A DNA stretch of 64,000 bases from an uncultured Gammaproteobacteria bacterium (GTDB taxonomy: Bacteria; Pseudomonadota; Gammaproteobacteria; UBA9214), in assembly GCA_963773065.1 (NCBI GenBank), contig CAVYZN010000014.1:64001-128000 (forward strand). The letters are read 5' to 3'. Positions 48,250-59,197 of the stretch are shown piece after piece. The notes beneath the pieces are model-generated. The model searched no databases, had not been told where the DNA came from, and saw only the letters and a program-made list of their open reading frames with translations. Both the position numbers and the translations under genes were made by a program. How positions within the stretch are numbered: the stretch's first letter is position 1; each line of letters starts with the position of its first letter.

Positions 48250-49179
48250 ATGACGTATGCCTTATCGCTACGCGACCTGAAAAAAACCTACAAGAACGGT
48301 CACGTCGCCCTGAAGGGGATCACCCTGGACGTGGCCGAGGGCGACTTCTTCGCGCTGCTCGGCCCGAACGGCGCCGGCAAGTCGACGACCATCGGGATCA
48401 TCGCCTCCCTGGTCAACAAGACCAGCGGCCGGGTCTCCATCTTCGGTATGGACCTCGACAGGGAGCCCAGCGCCGCGAAATCCTGCATCGGTCTGGTGCC
48501 GCAGGAATTCAACTTCAACCAGTTCGAACCGGTCGTGGAGATCGTCGCGAACCAGGCCGGCTATTACGGCATCGAGCGGCGCGAGGCCTTCAGCCGGGCC
48601 GAGAAGTACCTCCGGCAGCTCGGTCTCTGGGAAAAGCGCCGCGACATGGCGCGCAACCTTTCCGGCGGCATGAAACGGCGGCTGATGATCGCCCGCGCGC
48701 TGGTGCATGAACCGCGCCTGCTGATCCTGGACGAGCCGACGGCCGGCGTCGACATCGAGATCCGCCGTTCCATGTGGCAGTTCATGCGCCAGATCAACGC
48801 GGAGGGGACCACCATCATCCTCACCACGCATTACCTGGAAGAGGCGGAAAGCCTGTGCCGGAACATCGCCATCATCGACGAGGGTGAACTCATCGAGAAC
48901 ACCAGCACCCGCAAACTGCTCAATACCCTGCACATGGAAACTTTCGTTCTCGACATCGCCACGCCGCTGACGCAGGCCCCGCCGCTGCCGCGACACAAGC
49001 TGCGACTGGTCGATGAGTCCACCCTCGAGGCGGATATCTCCCGGGATGAATCCATCAACCGGCTGTTCGAGGACCTGTCCCGGCACAATATCCGGGTGCT
49101 CAGCATGCGCAACAAGACCAACCGCCTGGAGCAGTTGTTCGTCCGCCTGGTCGAGGGCAACGGGAACAACGGTGCCTGA
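48250..49179 (+). CDS. yadG: ABC transporter ATP-binding protein (YadG-like)
   Basis: GPNGAGKST, LSGGMKRR, LILDEPTAGVD. Confidence 0.88.
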   Translation: MTYALSLRDLKKTYKNGHVALKGITLDVAEGDFFALLGPNGAGKSTTIGIIASLVNKTSGRVSIFGMDLDREPSAAKSCIGLVPQEFNFNQFEPVVEIVANQAGYYGIERREAFSRAEKYLRQLGLWEKRRDMARNLSGGMKRRLMIARALVHEPRLLILDEPTAGVDIEIRRSMWQFMRQINAEGTTIILTTHYLEEAESLCRNIAIIDEGELIENTSTRKLLNTLHMETFVLDIATPLTQAPPLPRHKLRLVDESTLEADISRDESINRLFEDLSRHNIRVLSMRNKTNRLEQLFVRLVEGNGNNGA

Positions 49180-49182
49180 GTC

Positions 49183-49956
49183 ATGACCTGGCAGCAGAAA
49201 TTCACCGCCTTTCGCACCATCCTCACCAAGGAGATCCTGCGTTATGCGCGCATCTGGATACAGACGGTGCTGCCGCCGATGATCACCACGGCGCTGTATT
49301 TCATCATCTTCGGCAACCTGATCGGTTCCCAGATCGGCGACATGGAAGGGTTTCGCTACATGGAGTTCATCGTGCCGGGGTTGATCATGATGGCGGTGAT
49401 CACCAACGCCTACGCCAACGTGGTGTCATCGTTCTACGGCTCGAAGTTCCAGCGCCACATCGAGGAGATGCTGGTCGCGCCGGTGCCGAATTACGTCATT
49501 CTGACCGGTTTTATCTCCGGCGGCGTGGCGCGCGGACTGACGGTCGGCGTGGCCGTCACGCTGGTATCCCTGCCGTTCAACCCCCTCAGCATCCATAACC
49601 TCTGGGTCATGCTGAGCATGATCCTGCTGACGGCCATCCTGTTTTCGCTGGCGGGTTTCATCAACGCCATCTATGCCAAGAGCTTCGATGACATCGCGAT
49701 CATCCCGACCTTCGTGCTCACGCCCCTGACTTACCTCGGCGGCATCTTCTACTCGATCAAGATGCTGCCCCCCTTCTGGCAGCATGTCTCGCTGGCCAAT
49801 CCGATCCTGTACATGATCAACGCGTTCCGCTTCGGTTTTCTCGGGGTGTCGGACATCCCGCTGGCGTCTTCCTACGCGATCAGCATCGGGTTCATCGTCC
49901 TGCTCTACGCCTTCAGCATCCACCTGCTGAGAAAGGGGCACGGGATCCGCACCTGA
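49183..49956 (+). CDS. yadH: ABC-2 permease (YadH-like)
   Basis: RIWIQTVLPP, PGLIMMAVITNAYANVVSSF, PTFVLTPLTYLGG. Confidence 0.88.
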   Translation: MTWQQKFTAFRTILTKEILRYARIWIQTVLPPMITTALYFIIFGNLIGSQIGDMEGFRYMEFIVPGLIMMAVITNAYANVVSSFYGSKFQRHIEEMLVAPVPNYVILTGFISGGVARGLTVGVAVTLVSLPFNPLSIHNLWVMLSMILLTAILFSLAGFINAIYAKSFDDIAIIPTFVLTPLTYLGGIFYSIKMLPPFWQHVSLANPILYMINAFRFGFLGVSDIPLASSYAISIGFIVLLYAFSIHLLRKGHGIRT

Positions 49957-49963
49957 AGGCATC

Positions 49964-51123
49964 TCACGGTCTGAGTTCGACGCCCCCGTTTCGGACGTAC
50001 AGACCGAGTTCACCCCCGAGCAGGGAGAGCAACCGCCGGCCGACCAGTTGCCCGCGCCAGCCGTGCAGCACCTCGCTGTCCGGCGCGCCGCTCGCGAGCT
50101 GTTCCAGTTGTTTCCGCGAGGCGAGCACGGCCGGGTTGAGCGCGTGCTCCGACCCGCTGAGACGCACCACCGCCATCATCGCATCGACCAGCGCCTCCTG
50201 CGCCGGCGTCAGGCGGACCGGAAGCTTCGGTTAAGGGCAGGGGCTCCGGGGTGCGGCGCCTGGCTTCGGCGACCAGTTCGAGCAGCCGGCTGCCGTGCTT
50301 GCCGATGAAACGCTCATGCAGACCCCGGATGGCGCCGAGCGCCGTCGAGCGTCCCGGGCAGGTGGCGGGCGATTTCGACCAGCTCATCATCGCGCAGCAG
50401 CCAGCCGCGCGGGCGGTCCTGGTCCCGGGCAAGCGTTTCACGCCATTGGGCAAGCGCCTGCAGCACGGCCAGGCCGGCGCCGCGGAGGCGGTTGCCGCCG
50501 CGCACCTTGAGCCACGCCTGCGCGGGATCATTACGGTAAAGATCGACCTGTGTGAGCCGCGCGAAGTCATCGGAGAGCCAGTCGAGGCGGCCCAGTTCGG
50601 TGAGCTTTCCGACGAGATGCCGGTAAACCTGCGCCAGGTGGAACACATCGTCCGCCGCATAGCGGATCTGCTCGTCCGAGAGCGGACGGCGTGACCAGTC
50701 GGTGCGGGTATGCAGTTTCTCGAGTTCGATGCCGAGCGTCTCCTTCACCAGGTTGCCGTAGCCGATCTGGTCCGGGTAACCGAGCAGCAGAGCGGCGATC
50801 TGGGTATCGAAGACGGGGGAGGGCAGCGTATGGCGCAGATGGAAAAAGATCTCCATGTCCTGGCGCGCGGCGTGCATCACCTTGGTGATGCTGTCATCAT
50901 AGATGACATCGAGCAGGGGAGACAGGTCCTCCAGGGCGAGCGGATCGATGCACGCCACCAGCTCGGGCGTTGCCACCTGCAGCAGGCACAGCCTGGGATA
51001 GTAGGTCTTCTCGCGCAGGAACTCGGTGTCGAGGGTCAGCCACGGGTTGCCGCGCAACTGCCCGCACAGTTCCCTCAGCGCGGCGGAGGTATCGATATAG
51101 CGAATATCGGGTGTGGTTTCCAT
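49964..51123 (-). CDS. rnd: Ribonuclease D (indels near 50345 and 50225)
   Basis: LDTEFLREKTYYPRLCLLQ, HAARQD, FDTQIAA, TDWSRRPL, YAADDV, GWRGQLVG. Confidence 0.93.
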
Positions 51124-51439
51124 GTAGGTATGCGGCACCGGTCAGGGGTGGGTCTGGGCAGCAACAGCATTCCTGCGATGCGATCGGAGCATGCCGGACC
51201 CTGTGCAGGTTCGTCCGATTCTGGTCGTTGACATTTTCGATACCCCTGGATGGCAAAAACGCACTAGCGATCCGTGTTTAGGCCGTCACGCTGCGTTTAC
51301 TATTTCAGCAGACGGGCATAACGTGCTCCGTTTTACCCATAAGCATGGCAAGACACCTGCTGGTGACCGCCACGGACCCGATTCGTTTATTTTGATATAA
51401 ATGTCGCCTATCTTATTGTATTTGACAGACTATTGACAC

Positions 51440-52829
51440 ATGAAAATCACGCTGGTCAATCCTTATGAACTGGGACGTCAACCCTTCGGCCTGGCGGAGC
51501 CGGCCGCCTGGCTGGAACGGGAAGGCTGTGCCGTCGTCTGCTGCGACCTTTCGCTGCAGCGACTCGACGATTGCCTGGAGGCGGATACCGATCTGGTGGC
51601 GATCTACGTCGCCATGCACACGGCGACCCGCATCGCCATCGAGGCATTGCCGAAGATCCGGCGGCTCGCACCGGGCGCGGGCCTGTGTGTCTATGGCCTG
51701 TATGCCCCCATGAACGCGGCCTTGTTCCGGTCCCTGGGGGTACAAACCATCCTCGGCGGCGAATACGAGCCCGGCCTGGTTTCCCTGGTGAGGCGCCTGA
51801 AGACAGGCCAGGCGGGTGAGCAGACCGAGCCCGAAATATGCCTCGACAAGATCGACTTCATCGCCCCGCAGCGCGGCAAGCTGCCGGCCTTGTCACGCTA
51901 CGCCGGTCTGATCCATCCCGACGGCTCGCATCGCACGGTCGGATTTGCCGAGACGACCCGTGGCTGCAAACATCTCTGCCGTCACTGCCCGATCGTCCCG
52001 GTCTATCAGGGAAGGTTCCGGGCCATACCGGCCGACATCGTGCTGGATGACATCCGGTCGCAGATCCGGGAAGGCGCCCGGCATATCTCGTTCGGCGATC
52101 CGGATTTTCTCAACGGCCCGGGGCATGCACTTAAGATCGTGCGGCGTCCTGCATGATGAATTTCCCGATGTGACTTACGATGCCACCATCAAGATCGAAC
52201 ACATCGTGAAATACCCGCGGGAAATCCGGACGCTGCGGGACACCGGCTGCCTGTTCATCGTCTCCGCGGTGGAATCCGTCGACGACGGCATCCTGCGGGA
52301 ACTCGACAAGGGCCACACGCGGGCGGATTTCATCGCCGCGCTGGCGTTCCTGCGCGCGACCGGCATCGATCTTTCGCCCACCTTCGTGGCATTTACCCCC
52401 TGGACGACGCTGGACGTCTACCTGGAGCTGCTGCGCCAGATCGTCGCGCTGCGGCTGGTCGAAAGCGTTGCGCCGGTGCAGTTGTCGATCCGGCTGCTGA
52501 TCCCCGCGGGCTCCTACCTGCTGCGCCTTACGAGCCTGGCCGGTGTCATCGAGCCGTTCGACCGGCAACTGCTCGGCCATCCGTGGCGCAACCCCGACCC
52601 GCGCGTCGATCAATTGCAGCAGGACATCCAGGCCTGGGTCGCGCAGGCGGAGCGGGACGATCTGCCGCGACGCGCCATCTTCCAGGGCGTCTGGGAACGG
52701 GCCCACCGGCAGGCGGGCATCGCCGCGCCGCCGCTCGCGGCCGGTTGCGCCGGCAAGGCGATACCGCGGCTGTCCGAGAACTGGTACTGTTGTGCCGAGC
52801 CCACGGGCGAACAACTGGTCTCGTTCTGA
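51440..52829 (+). CDS. CCAEP-tail radical SAM protein (indel near 52145)
   Basis: YELGRQPFGLA, B12-binding-like N-terminus, TRGCKHLCRHC (CxxxCxxC), C-terminal ENWYCCAEPT. Confidence 0.88.
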
Positions 52830-52859
52830 GTAGTGTCCGTCCATAAACATCTGAAATCT

Positions 52860-52945
52860 TTCACCGCAAAGACGCAGAGTCCGCAAAGGAATTCTTTAAC
52901 GAAAGCATTTAAAATGCTTTGCGTTCTCTGCGTCTTTGCGGTGGA
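52860..52945. repeat. REP/MITE-like inverted repeat, same family as 1665-1807
   Basis: caccgcaaagacgcagag...ctctgcgtctttgcggtg. Confidence 0.75.
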
Positions 52946-53064
52946 TTTGTATCTTTATGGATGGAGTCTGCCTACCAGCGGGTCGGCGTCTGTTGAATGC
53001 ATATCCTGAGCGGAATGAACGAAGAAAGGGCGGGGCGGGTGATCATGGACCGGCGGAGAGACGC

Positions 53065-53814
53065 ATGCAAACCATCCTGATTGGCCACCGGGGCGAACCG
53101 GAAACCTTTCCGGAGAATTCACTGGCCGGTTTCGAGGCGGTGCTGCGCGCGGGCGCCGCGTGTATCGAGACCGACGTGCAGATTACCGCCGACGGCGTGC
53201 CGGTGCTCTGCCATGACCCCGATGTGCTGAAGGTGACCGGCCACGACTACGTGGTGATGCGGACCGATTACGCGACCCTCGGCGAACTTCCGGCCGGTTA
53301 CCCGGCGCGTTTCGGCGCACAGTTTGCCGATGCGCGCCTTGCCCGCCTCGGTGAACTGGCCGCGTTGTTGAAACGATGGCCCCGGGCCCGCGCCTTTGTC
53401 GAGGTCAAAGAGGAGAGTATCGAGGCGTTCGGCACCGCCCGCGTCATGGGCATCATCCTGGCGGAACTGCGCGAGGTGCTGGCGCAATGCATCATCATTT
53501 CGTTTCAACGGGATCCGCTGCTCCATACCCGCCGCGCGAGCGACCTGCCCATCGGCTGGGTCCTGCCGGAATGGTCGGATGATACCCGGGCGGCGGCCGC
53601 CGAGCTGCGGCCGGAGTACCTGATCTGCAACCGCAAACGCCTGCCCGCCGAACCGGAACCGTTATGGTCCGGGCCCTGGCAGTGGATCGCGTACACGGTC
53701 AATACGGCGGAGGAAGCGCTGGCGCTGCGCGCACGCGGCATCGCCCTGCTGGAGAGCGATGTCATCCGCCGGCTGCTTGCCGACCCGAGACTGGCCGGGG
53801 CGGGGCGTGACTGA
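53065..53814 (+). CDS. Glycerophosphodiester phosphodiesterase
   Basis: IGHRG...PENSLAGF, ETDVQITADGVPVLCHD, FVEVK, YTVN. Confidence 0.9.
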   Translation: MQTILIGHRGEPETFPENSLAGFEAVLRAGAACIETDVQITADGVPVLCHDPDVLKVTGHDYVVMRTDYATLGELPAGYPARFGAQFADARLARLGELAALLKRWPRARAFVEVKEESIEAFGTARVMGIILAELREVLAQCIIISFQRDPLLHTRRASDLPIGWVLPEWSDDTRAAAAELRPEYLICNRKRLPAEPEPLWSGPWQWIAYTVNTAEEALALRARGIALLESDVIRRLLADPRLAGAGRD

Positions 53815-54976
53815 ACGCTACGATGTCGTCATCGTCGGCGGCGGCATCCATGGGGCCGGCGTCGCCCAGGCGGCCGCCTGCGATGGCTACTCGGCGCTGG
53901 TGCTCGAACAAACCGGGCTGGCCGCCGCCACATCGAGCCGCTCCAGCAAGCTGATACACGGCGGCCTGCGCTATCTGGAGGGCCTGCATTTTTCCCTGGT
54001 CAGGGAAAGCCTGCGGGAACGGACGCTGCTGCTGAAACTCGCCCCGGAGCTGGTGCATCTGCAGGCGTTCCACATCCCGGTCTATCCCGAAACGTCGCGC
54101 CGCCCGTCAACCATCCGCGCCGGCCTGAGCCTGTACGCGCTGCTGGGCGGCCTGCGCCAGGCAAGCCGCTTTCGCAAACTCGCGCGCCGGGAATGGCCTG
54201 AACTGGATGGACTGGAGACGTCGCGGCTTCAGGCGGTCTATCGGTATTACGATGCCCAGACGGACGATGCGGCGCTCACCAAGGCCGTCATGCACTCCGC
54301 CATGGACCTGGGCGCCGGCCTGCATTGCCCGGCCGAATTCACCGCGGCGGAGATCACCGCCGAGGGCTGCACCGTGCACTATGTCAGCAACGGCGTGGTC
54401 AACAGTTGCTCGGCAAGCGTGCTGGTCAATGCCGCGGGTCCGTGGGTCAACGCGGTGGCCGGGCGTATTTGCCCGTCCCCTCCTCAGGTCGCGGTCGATC
54501 TCGTTCAGGGAACCCATCTCATCCTGGAGGGCGGCCTGGAGAAGGGCGGCTACTACCTGGAAGCGCCCGCCGACCGGCGCGCCATCTTTTTCCTGCCCTG
54601 GAAAAACCAGGCGCTGCTCGGCACCACCGAGACGCTCCATACGGGCAATCCCGCGGACATCGCCCCGCTGGCCGGCGAGGAGAGCTATTTGCTGGAGACC
54701 CTGCGGCACTATTTTCCGCATCGCCCGCAAAAGGTCCTGGATCGTTACGCCGGACTGCGGGTATTACCCGTCTCACGCAACGCGGTGTTCACCCGCTCCC
54801 GGGAAACCCGCTACGCGATGGACGATCCGCGGCGTCCCCGCGTCGTGTCGATCTATGGCGGCAAGCTGACCGGCTATCGCGCCACGGCGCAACAGGTGAT
54901 GCGGCTCCTGCACCGCACCCTGCCGGCGCGCACACCGGTTGCGCATACCGCGCGGCTTCGATTGAAGCCGGTATAG
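53807..54976 (+). CDS. glpD: FAD-dependent glycerol-3-phosphate dehydrogenase-like protein
   Basis: VGGGIHGAGVA, TSSRSSKLIHGGLRYLE, NAAGPW, GGKLTGYR. Confidence 0.8.
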   Translation: MTERYDVVIVGGGIHGAGVAQAAACDGYSALVLEQTGLAAATSSRSSKLIHGGLRYLEGLHFSLVRESLRERTLLLKLAPELVHLQAFHIPVYPETSRRPSTIRAGLSLYALLGGLRQASRFRKLARREWPELDGLETSRLQAVYRYYDAQTDDAALTKAVMHSAMDLGAGLHCPAEFTAAEITAEGCTVHYVSNGVVNSCSASVLVNAAGPWVNAVAGRICPSPPQVAVDLVQGTHLILEGGLEKGGYYLEAPADRRAIFFLPWKNQALLGTTETLHTGNPADIAPLAGEESYLLETLRHYFPHRPQKVLDRYAGLRVLPVSRNAVFTRSRETRYAMDDPRRPRVVSIYGGKLTGYRATAQQVMRLLHRTLPARTPVAHTARLRLKPV

Positions 54977-54978
54977 CC

Positions 54979-56423
54979 ATGGCGCAGGCGCTGACGCTGG
55001 CCATCGACCAGGGCACGCATGCCACGCGCGCCCTGGTCTTCGACGGCCGTGGCCGCCTGGTGGCGCTCTCCAGCAAGTCCGTGTCGCTGCAGACGCGAAG
55101 CCGCGCGGAAGTGGAACAGTCGCCTGAGGAAATACTCGACTCGCTGCACGCCGTGATGGAGGAAATCCTGCGCCATCCCGGCGTCGACGCGGCACGGATC
55201 GGCTCGGCCGGACTGGCCACCCAGCGCTCCAGCGTGCTGGCCTGGGACCGCCGAACCGGCCGCGCCCTTTCCCGCGTACTCAGTTGGCAGGACACGCGCA
55301 CCGCGGCGGATCTCGAGGCGCTGGGCGGGCACGATGCCGCGATCCGGGAACGCACCGGCCTGCGCCTCTCGCCCCATTACGGCGCCGGCAAGCTGCGCTG
55401 GCTGATCCAGCATGAAACCGCGGTGACCGCCGCGCGCGCGCAGGGCACACTGGTCCTCGGCCCGCTGGCCAGTTTTCTGCTGCATCATCTGACCGAAGCG
55501 AAGCGCGAGGTCGTCGACCATGCCAACGCCTCGCGCACGCTGCTGTGGAATCTGGAAAGCCGTGACTGGGACGCCTGGCTGCTCGGGCTGTTTGCCATCC
55601 CGCGGGAGGTCCTGCCCGACTGTCTGCCGATCGTTAGCGACTATGGGCTCACCCGCGCCGGCGCTATCCCGCTGACCGCCGTCAATGGCGATCAGACCGC
55701 CGCGCTCTATGCCGCGGGCACGCCGGCCCGCCATACCCTGCTGGTGAATACCGGCACCGGCGCCTTCGTCCTGCTGCCGACCGGGGAAACCCGCCGCTCG
55801 CATCCCCGCCTGCTGAGCGGTCTCTCCCGAAGCGATGGCCGCATGGCCGATCATTACCTGGAAGGCACCGTCAATGGCGCCGGGGCGGCGCTCGACTGGG
55901 TGGCGAGACGATACCGCATCGCGGACTGGCCGGCGCAGGCGCCCGGCTGGCTCGACCGGATCGAGGCGCCGCCCGTCTTTCTGAACAGCATCGGCGGGCT
56001 GGGCGCGCCCTGGTGGCGGCCGGGGCCCGAACCCGCCTTCCTGCCGGAGGATGGCGGCGCGCCGATCGGACCGGCGGAGGCCATGGTCGCGGCCATCGAG
56101 AGCATCGTGTTCCTGATCCAGGCCAACGTCGAATTGCTCCGCGGGCAGAATCCGCGGGTGGACGGCATCCGGATCAGCGGCGGCCTGGCGCCGCTTGACG
56201 GGCTGTGCCGGAAACTGGCCAATCTGTCGGGTCTCGCCGTCGAACGTTCGGACACCATCGAGTCCACCGCCCGCGGCATCGCCTGGCTGGCCGCCGGTTG
56301 TCCGGACACCTGGGAGCCATCCGGCGTGGAGCGCCGCTTTCTCCCACAGGACGATCCGCGACTTACGAACGCTACGCGCGTTTTCGCGCCGCGCTGGAAT
56401 CGGCGCTCAGGCAGGCGCCGTGA
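54979..56423 (+). CDS. FGGY-family kinase (glycerol kinase-like; indel near 56365)
   Basis: LAIDQGTHATRA, ATQRSS..WDRRTG, SWQDTR, DHANASRTLLWN, GDQTAA, NTGTGAF. Confidence 0.85.
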
Positions 56424-56865
56424 AGAGCAGCAGGAAGCCGGCGTTGTAGAAGACGTGCAGCAGGATCGGCGCGGTCAGTGTCCGGTAGCGGTCCTTGAAA
56501 AATCCGAACACCAGCGAGGGGAAGAACACCAGCGCCGCCCACAGCGGGGCATGATTGAGGAAATGGAAACCGGTAAAAACCAGGCTGGTAAGCAGATTGG
56601 CGAGGCTGAGCGGTCCAAACGCCCGCCGGCTGATGAACTCCTGCGCGAGTTCCTGGAGCAGGCCGCGAAAAACGATCTCCTCCAGCACCGGGTAGACCAG
56701 CACCGGCAACAGGTATTCAGCCGGCGCCGCGAGGGGCCAGGCCCAGTGCGGGGCGGGCTTTAACAGCAGAAGCAGCACCAGCCAGCAGAGCGGCCCCGCC
56801 ATGACCGCCAGCCAGAACAGCGGATCACGCCACAGCGTGCGGGTGAGCGGAAGGCGCGCTGACAC
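56407..56865 (-). CDS. CPBP/CAAX-family intramembrane glutamic protease (JDVT-CTERM MrtJ-like)
   Basis: YPVLEEIVFRGLLQ, ANLLTSLVFTGFH, VFFPSLVFG, PILLHVFYN. Confidence 0.8.
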   Translation of the reverse strand: MSARLPLTRTLWRDPLFWLAVMAGPLCWLVLLLLLKPAPHWAWPLAAPAEYLLPVLVYPVLEEIVFRGLLQELAQEFISRRAFGPLSLANLLTSLVFTGFHFLNHAPLWAALVFFPSLVFGFFKDRYRTLTAPILLHVFYNAGFLLLFTAPA

Positions 56866-56886
56866 GAGCCGTTCGGACGGCCGGGC

Positions 56887-57288
56887 TCAATTGCTTTTCA
56901 ACTGCTGGACCATCTCCGGTTCCATGTCCATGCCGACCGGCCAGTTCGGGTTGATCGAGATGCCGACGCCGCTGCCGGTCCGCTCCAGCACCCACTTGAA
57001 TTCAACCAGCAGGCCGCCCTCGTAACCGGGATGATCCCGCACAAAGGTCTTGGCGCGGTCCGGGCTGGTGAACAGGATCAGCACTTCCACCGCGTCCTCG
57101 GTTTTCACGGTCAGGGGGATGGCCTTGTTGCTGCCGGTAAAGCCCGCGATGTTGATGGAGTCCCTGACCGGCATGAACACCTGCGCCTCCAGCAGGTACT
57201 GCATGAACTCGTTTTCCGGAAGCCGGCCCTCCTGGGCCGCCAGCAGTTTCTGTTCGAGATCGTTGCGCGCTTCGAAGCTCTCGTGCAT
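56887..57288 (-). CDS. SseB-family protein
   Basis: NDLEQKLLAA, LILFTSPDRA, GISINP. Confidence 0.75.
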   Translation of the reverse strand: MHESFEARNDLEQKLLAAQEGRLPENEFMQYLLEAQVFMPVRDSINIAGFTGSNKAIPLTVKTEDAVEVLILFTSPDRAKTFVRDHPGYEGGLLVEFKWVLERTGSGVGISINPNWPVGMDMEPEMVQQLKSN

Positions 57289-57301
57289 GGAAGGGTTCCA
57301 G

Positions 57302-57329
57302 AAAAATGAAGCCCCGCGGAGCGGGGCTT
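57302..57329 (-). terminator. Probable terminator downstream of yccA
   Basis: aagccccgc-gga-gcggggctt with A-run on the left. Confidence 0.6.
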
Positions 57330-57352
57330 GCGGTTGACGTGCGATCCGGCGC

Positions 57353-58018
57353 CTACTCGTCGCTGAACACACCCAGCAACTGCAGCAGGCTGATGAACAG
57401 GTTGTAGATGGCGATATACAGCGACACCGTCGCCATGATGTAGTTGGTTTCCCCGCCGTGGATGATCTGGCTGGTCTGGTACAGGATCATGCCCGACATC
57501 AGCAGGATGAACATCGCCGAGACGGCCAGCGACAGCCCGGGCAGGGTGAGGAACAGGCTCGCCAGGCTTGCCAGGAAGGCCACCAGTATGCCGACCATCA
57601 GGAATCCGCCGATGAAGCTGAAGTCCTTGCGCGTGGTGAGCGCATAGCCGGACAGGCCGAGGAAGATGACGCCGGTGCCGCCCATGGCGGTCATGACGAT
57701 CTGCCCGCCGTTCGGCAGCGACAGGTAGGCGCTGACGATCGGGCCCAGCGTCAGGCCCATGAACCCCGTCAGGGCGAACACACACAGCAGGCCGAGACCG
57801 CTGTTGCGGAATCGGGTCGTCAGGAACAGCAAGCCGAAATAGCCGACCAGGGTGATGATCGGGTTGATGAAGGGCATGTGGGTCATGACGGCGATGCCGG
57901 CCGTCAGGGCGCTGAACAGCAGCGTCATGGACAACAGCGTGTAGGTATTGCGGATGACCTTGTTGGTGGACAGGACCGACGGCTGCGACCCCACAACTGT
58001 TTTTTCAAGCATGCTCAT
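57353..58018 (-). CDS. yccA: Bax inhibitor-1/YccA family protein
   Basis: [35 protein letters not shown]. Confidence 0.93.
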   Translation of the reverse strand: MSMLEKTVVGSQPSVLSTNKVIRNTYTLLSMTLLFSALTAGIAVMTHMPFINPIITLVGYFGLLFLTTRFRNSGLGLLCVFALTGFMGLTLGPIVSAYLSLPNGGQIVMTAMGGTGVIFLGLSGYALTTRKDFSFIGGFLMVGILVAFLASLASLFLTLPGLSLAVSAMFILLMSGMILYQTSQIIHGGETNYIMATVSLYIAIYNLFISLLQLLGVFSDE

Positions 58019-58218
58019 GCAGTAAACCTCCGTGATGATTGACCATTTCCAAACGGATATATAACAATGATAGACAACGATCCGTTTGCCTGGTTCCAAG
58101 CATAGCCACACCCACCCCAAACGGCAACCCGCGGAATGTGTGGCTATCCATGCCATTAGGCTGGAAAACGACGTCCCGCGTTCCGGTATGCTTGCCAGGC
58201 TTCACGTCAGGCCCGCCT

Positions 58219-58306
58219 GGAGAGGTGGCTGAGCGGTCGAAAGCGGCGGTCTTGAAAACCGTTGACTCGCAAGGGTCCGGGGGTTCGAATCCCTCCCTCT
58301 CCGCCA
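58219..58306 (+). tRNA. tRNA-Ser(TGA)
   Basis: GGAGAGG acceptor, D-loop, anticodon loop cTTGAaa, long variable arm, GGTTCGAATCC, 3' GCCA. Confidence 0.97.
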
Positions 58307-58910
58307 TTTGAATCTGACACGCCGCAGGCATGCAACAACATTCGCCAGGCCGCTGTGCAATTCACCGGAACGTTCGTAAAGCCATGCCGCCGTGGCAATG
58401 ACCGCGAGCCACGTTTTTACTCAGCAGCCCGGCTCAGCGCCGACATGCTAACCGCTCGACATCCCAGATGGTAATGACACTGCAACTGGCCTTGCAGTGA
58501 TCTCGTTGTTACGCAGGCGGGTAAGACCACACACGTTATCAAAAGGATGATTCACACACCATTGCGAAAGTGGCTTTGAATCAGGTTTTGCCTTTAATGC
58601 CGAGTGTGACGGCAGTGAGTTCGCCGTCAAGAGCACCGTGCGGTGTTTATAGGAAAAATCTGAATATGATGTAAGAGCGCTAAAACTCGATGAAAGATAC
58701 GTAGAATCCTCAAAACCGTGAATCTTGCGTAAGTGTTATGGTCCCGCAGCGACTCGGTTGAATAAGACGTTTTCGTTATCACGGCTGGTTGCGGCGCCCT
58801 GCCTGAAATAGGCACATCTGAACATGACGGGTATCCAGCAAATGACCATCGCCAAAGCAGTACGTCGTAATCGCTGAAAACGATAAACAGACTCAGGGGA
58901 GGTGAGAGAG

Positions 58911-59151
58911 ATGAAAATCAGGTTATTGGCGTGCACCGTTCTAATGTGTGCGATGGCATCCAGGGTATTCGGTGATGACAAAACCGGTATCCAGCCCAGC
59001 ACCGGGCAGCGTTTCCCGTCCTGAACTTGATGCATTGCGAACCAAGACTGATGTCGAAGACAAGCAAAAAAAGGAACTGGAGAAACGGCGGGAGGTCAGG
59101 CAGTGGTCGCCCCCGCCCGAAATACCACCTATTCAGACGCCGTCAAACTAG
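58911..59151 (+). CDS. Small exported protein upstream of the Rhs gene (probable indel)
   Basis: RBS ggagg; MKIRLLACTVLMCAMAS signal; second frame ends ...QWSPPPEIPPIQTPSN*. Confidence 0.45.
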
Positions 59152-59197
59152 GGAGTAGTGCGGGTAACCAGGACCGTAAAATCATGGAGGAACAACA

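Noticed and set aside
58307-58910. Integrase or prophage at tRNA-Ser
   Set aside because: No integrase ORF or att duplication is visible in the window; only an AT-richer non-coding stretch.
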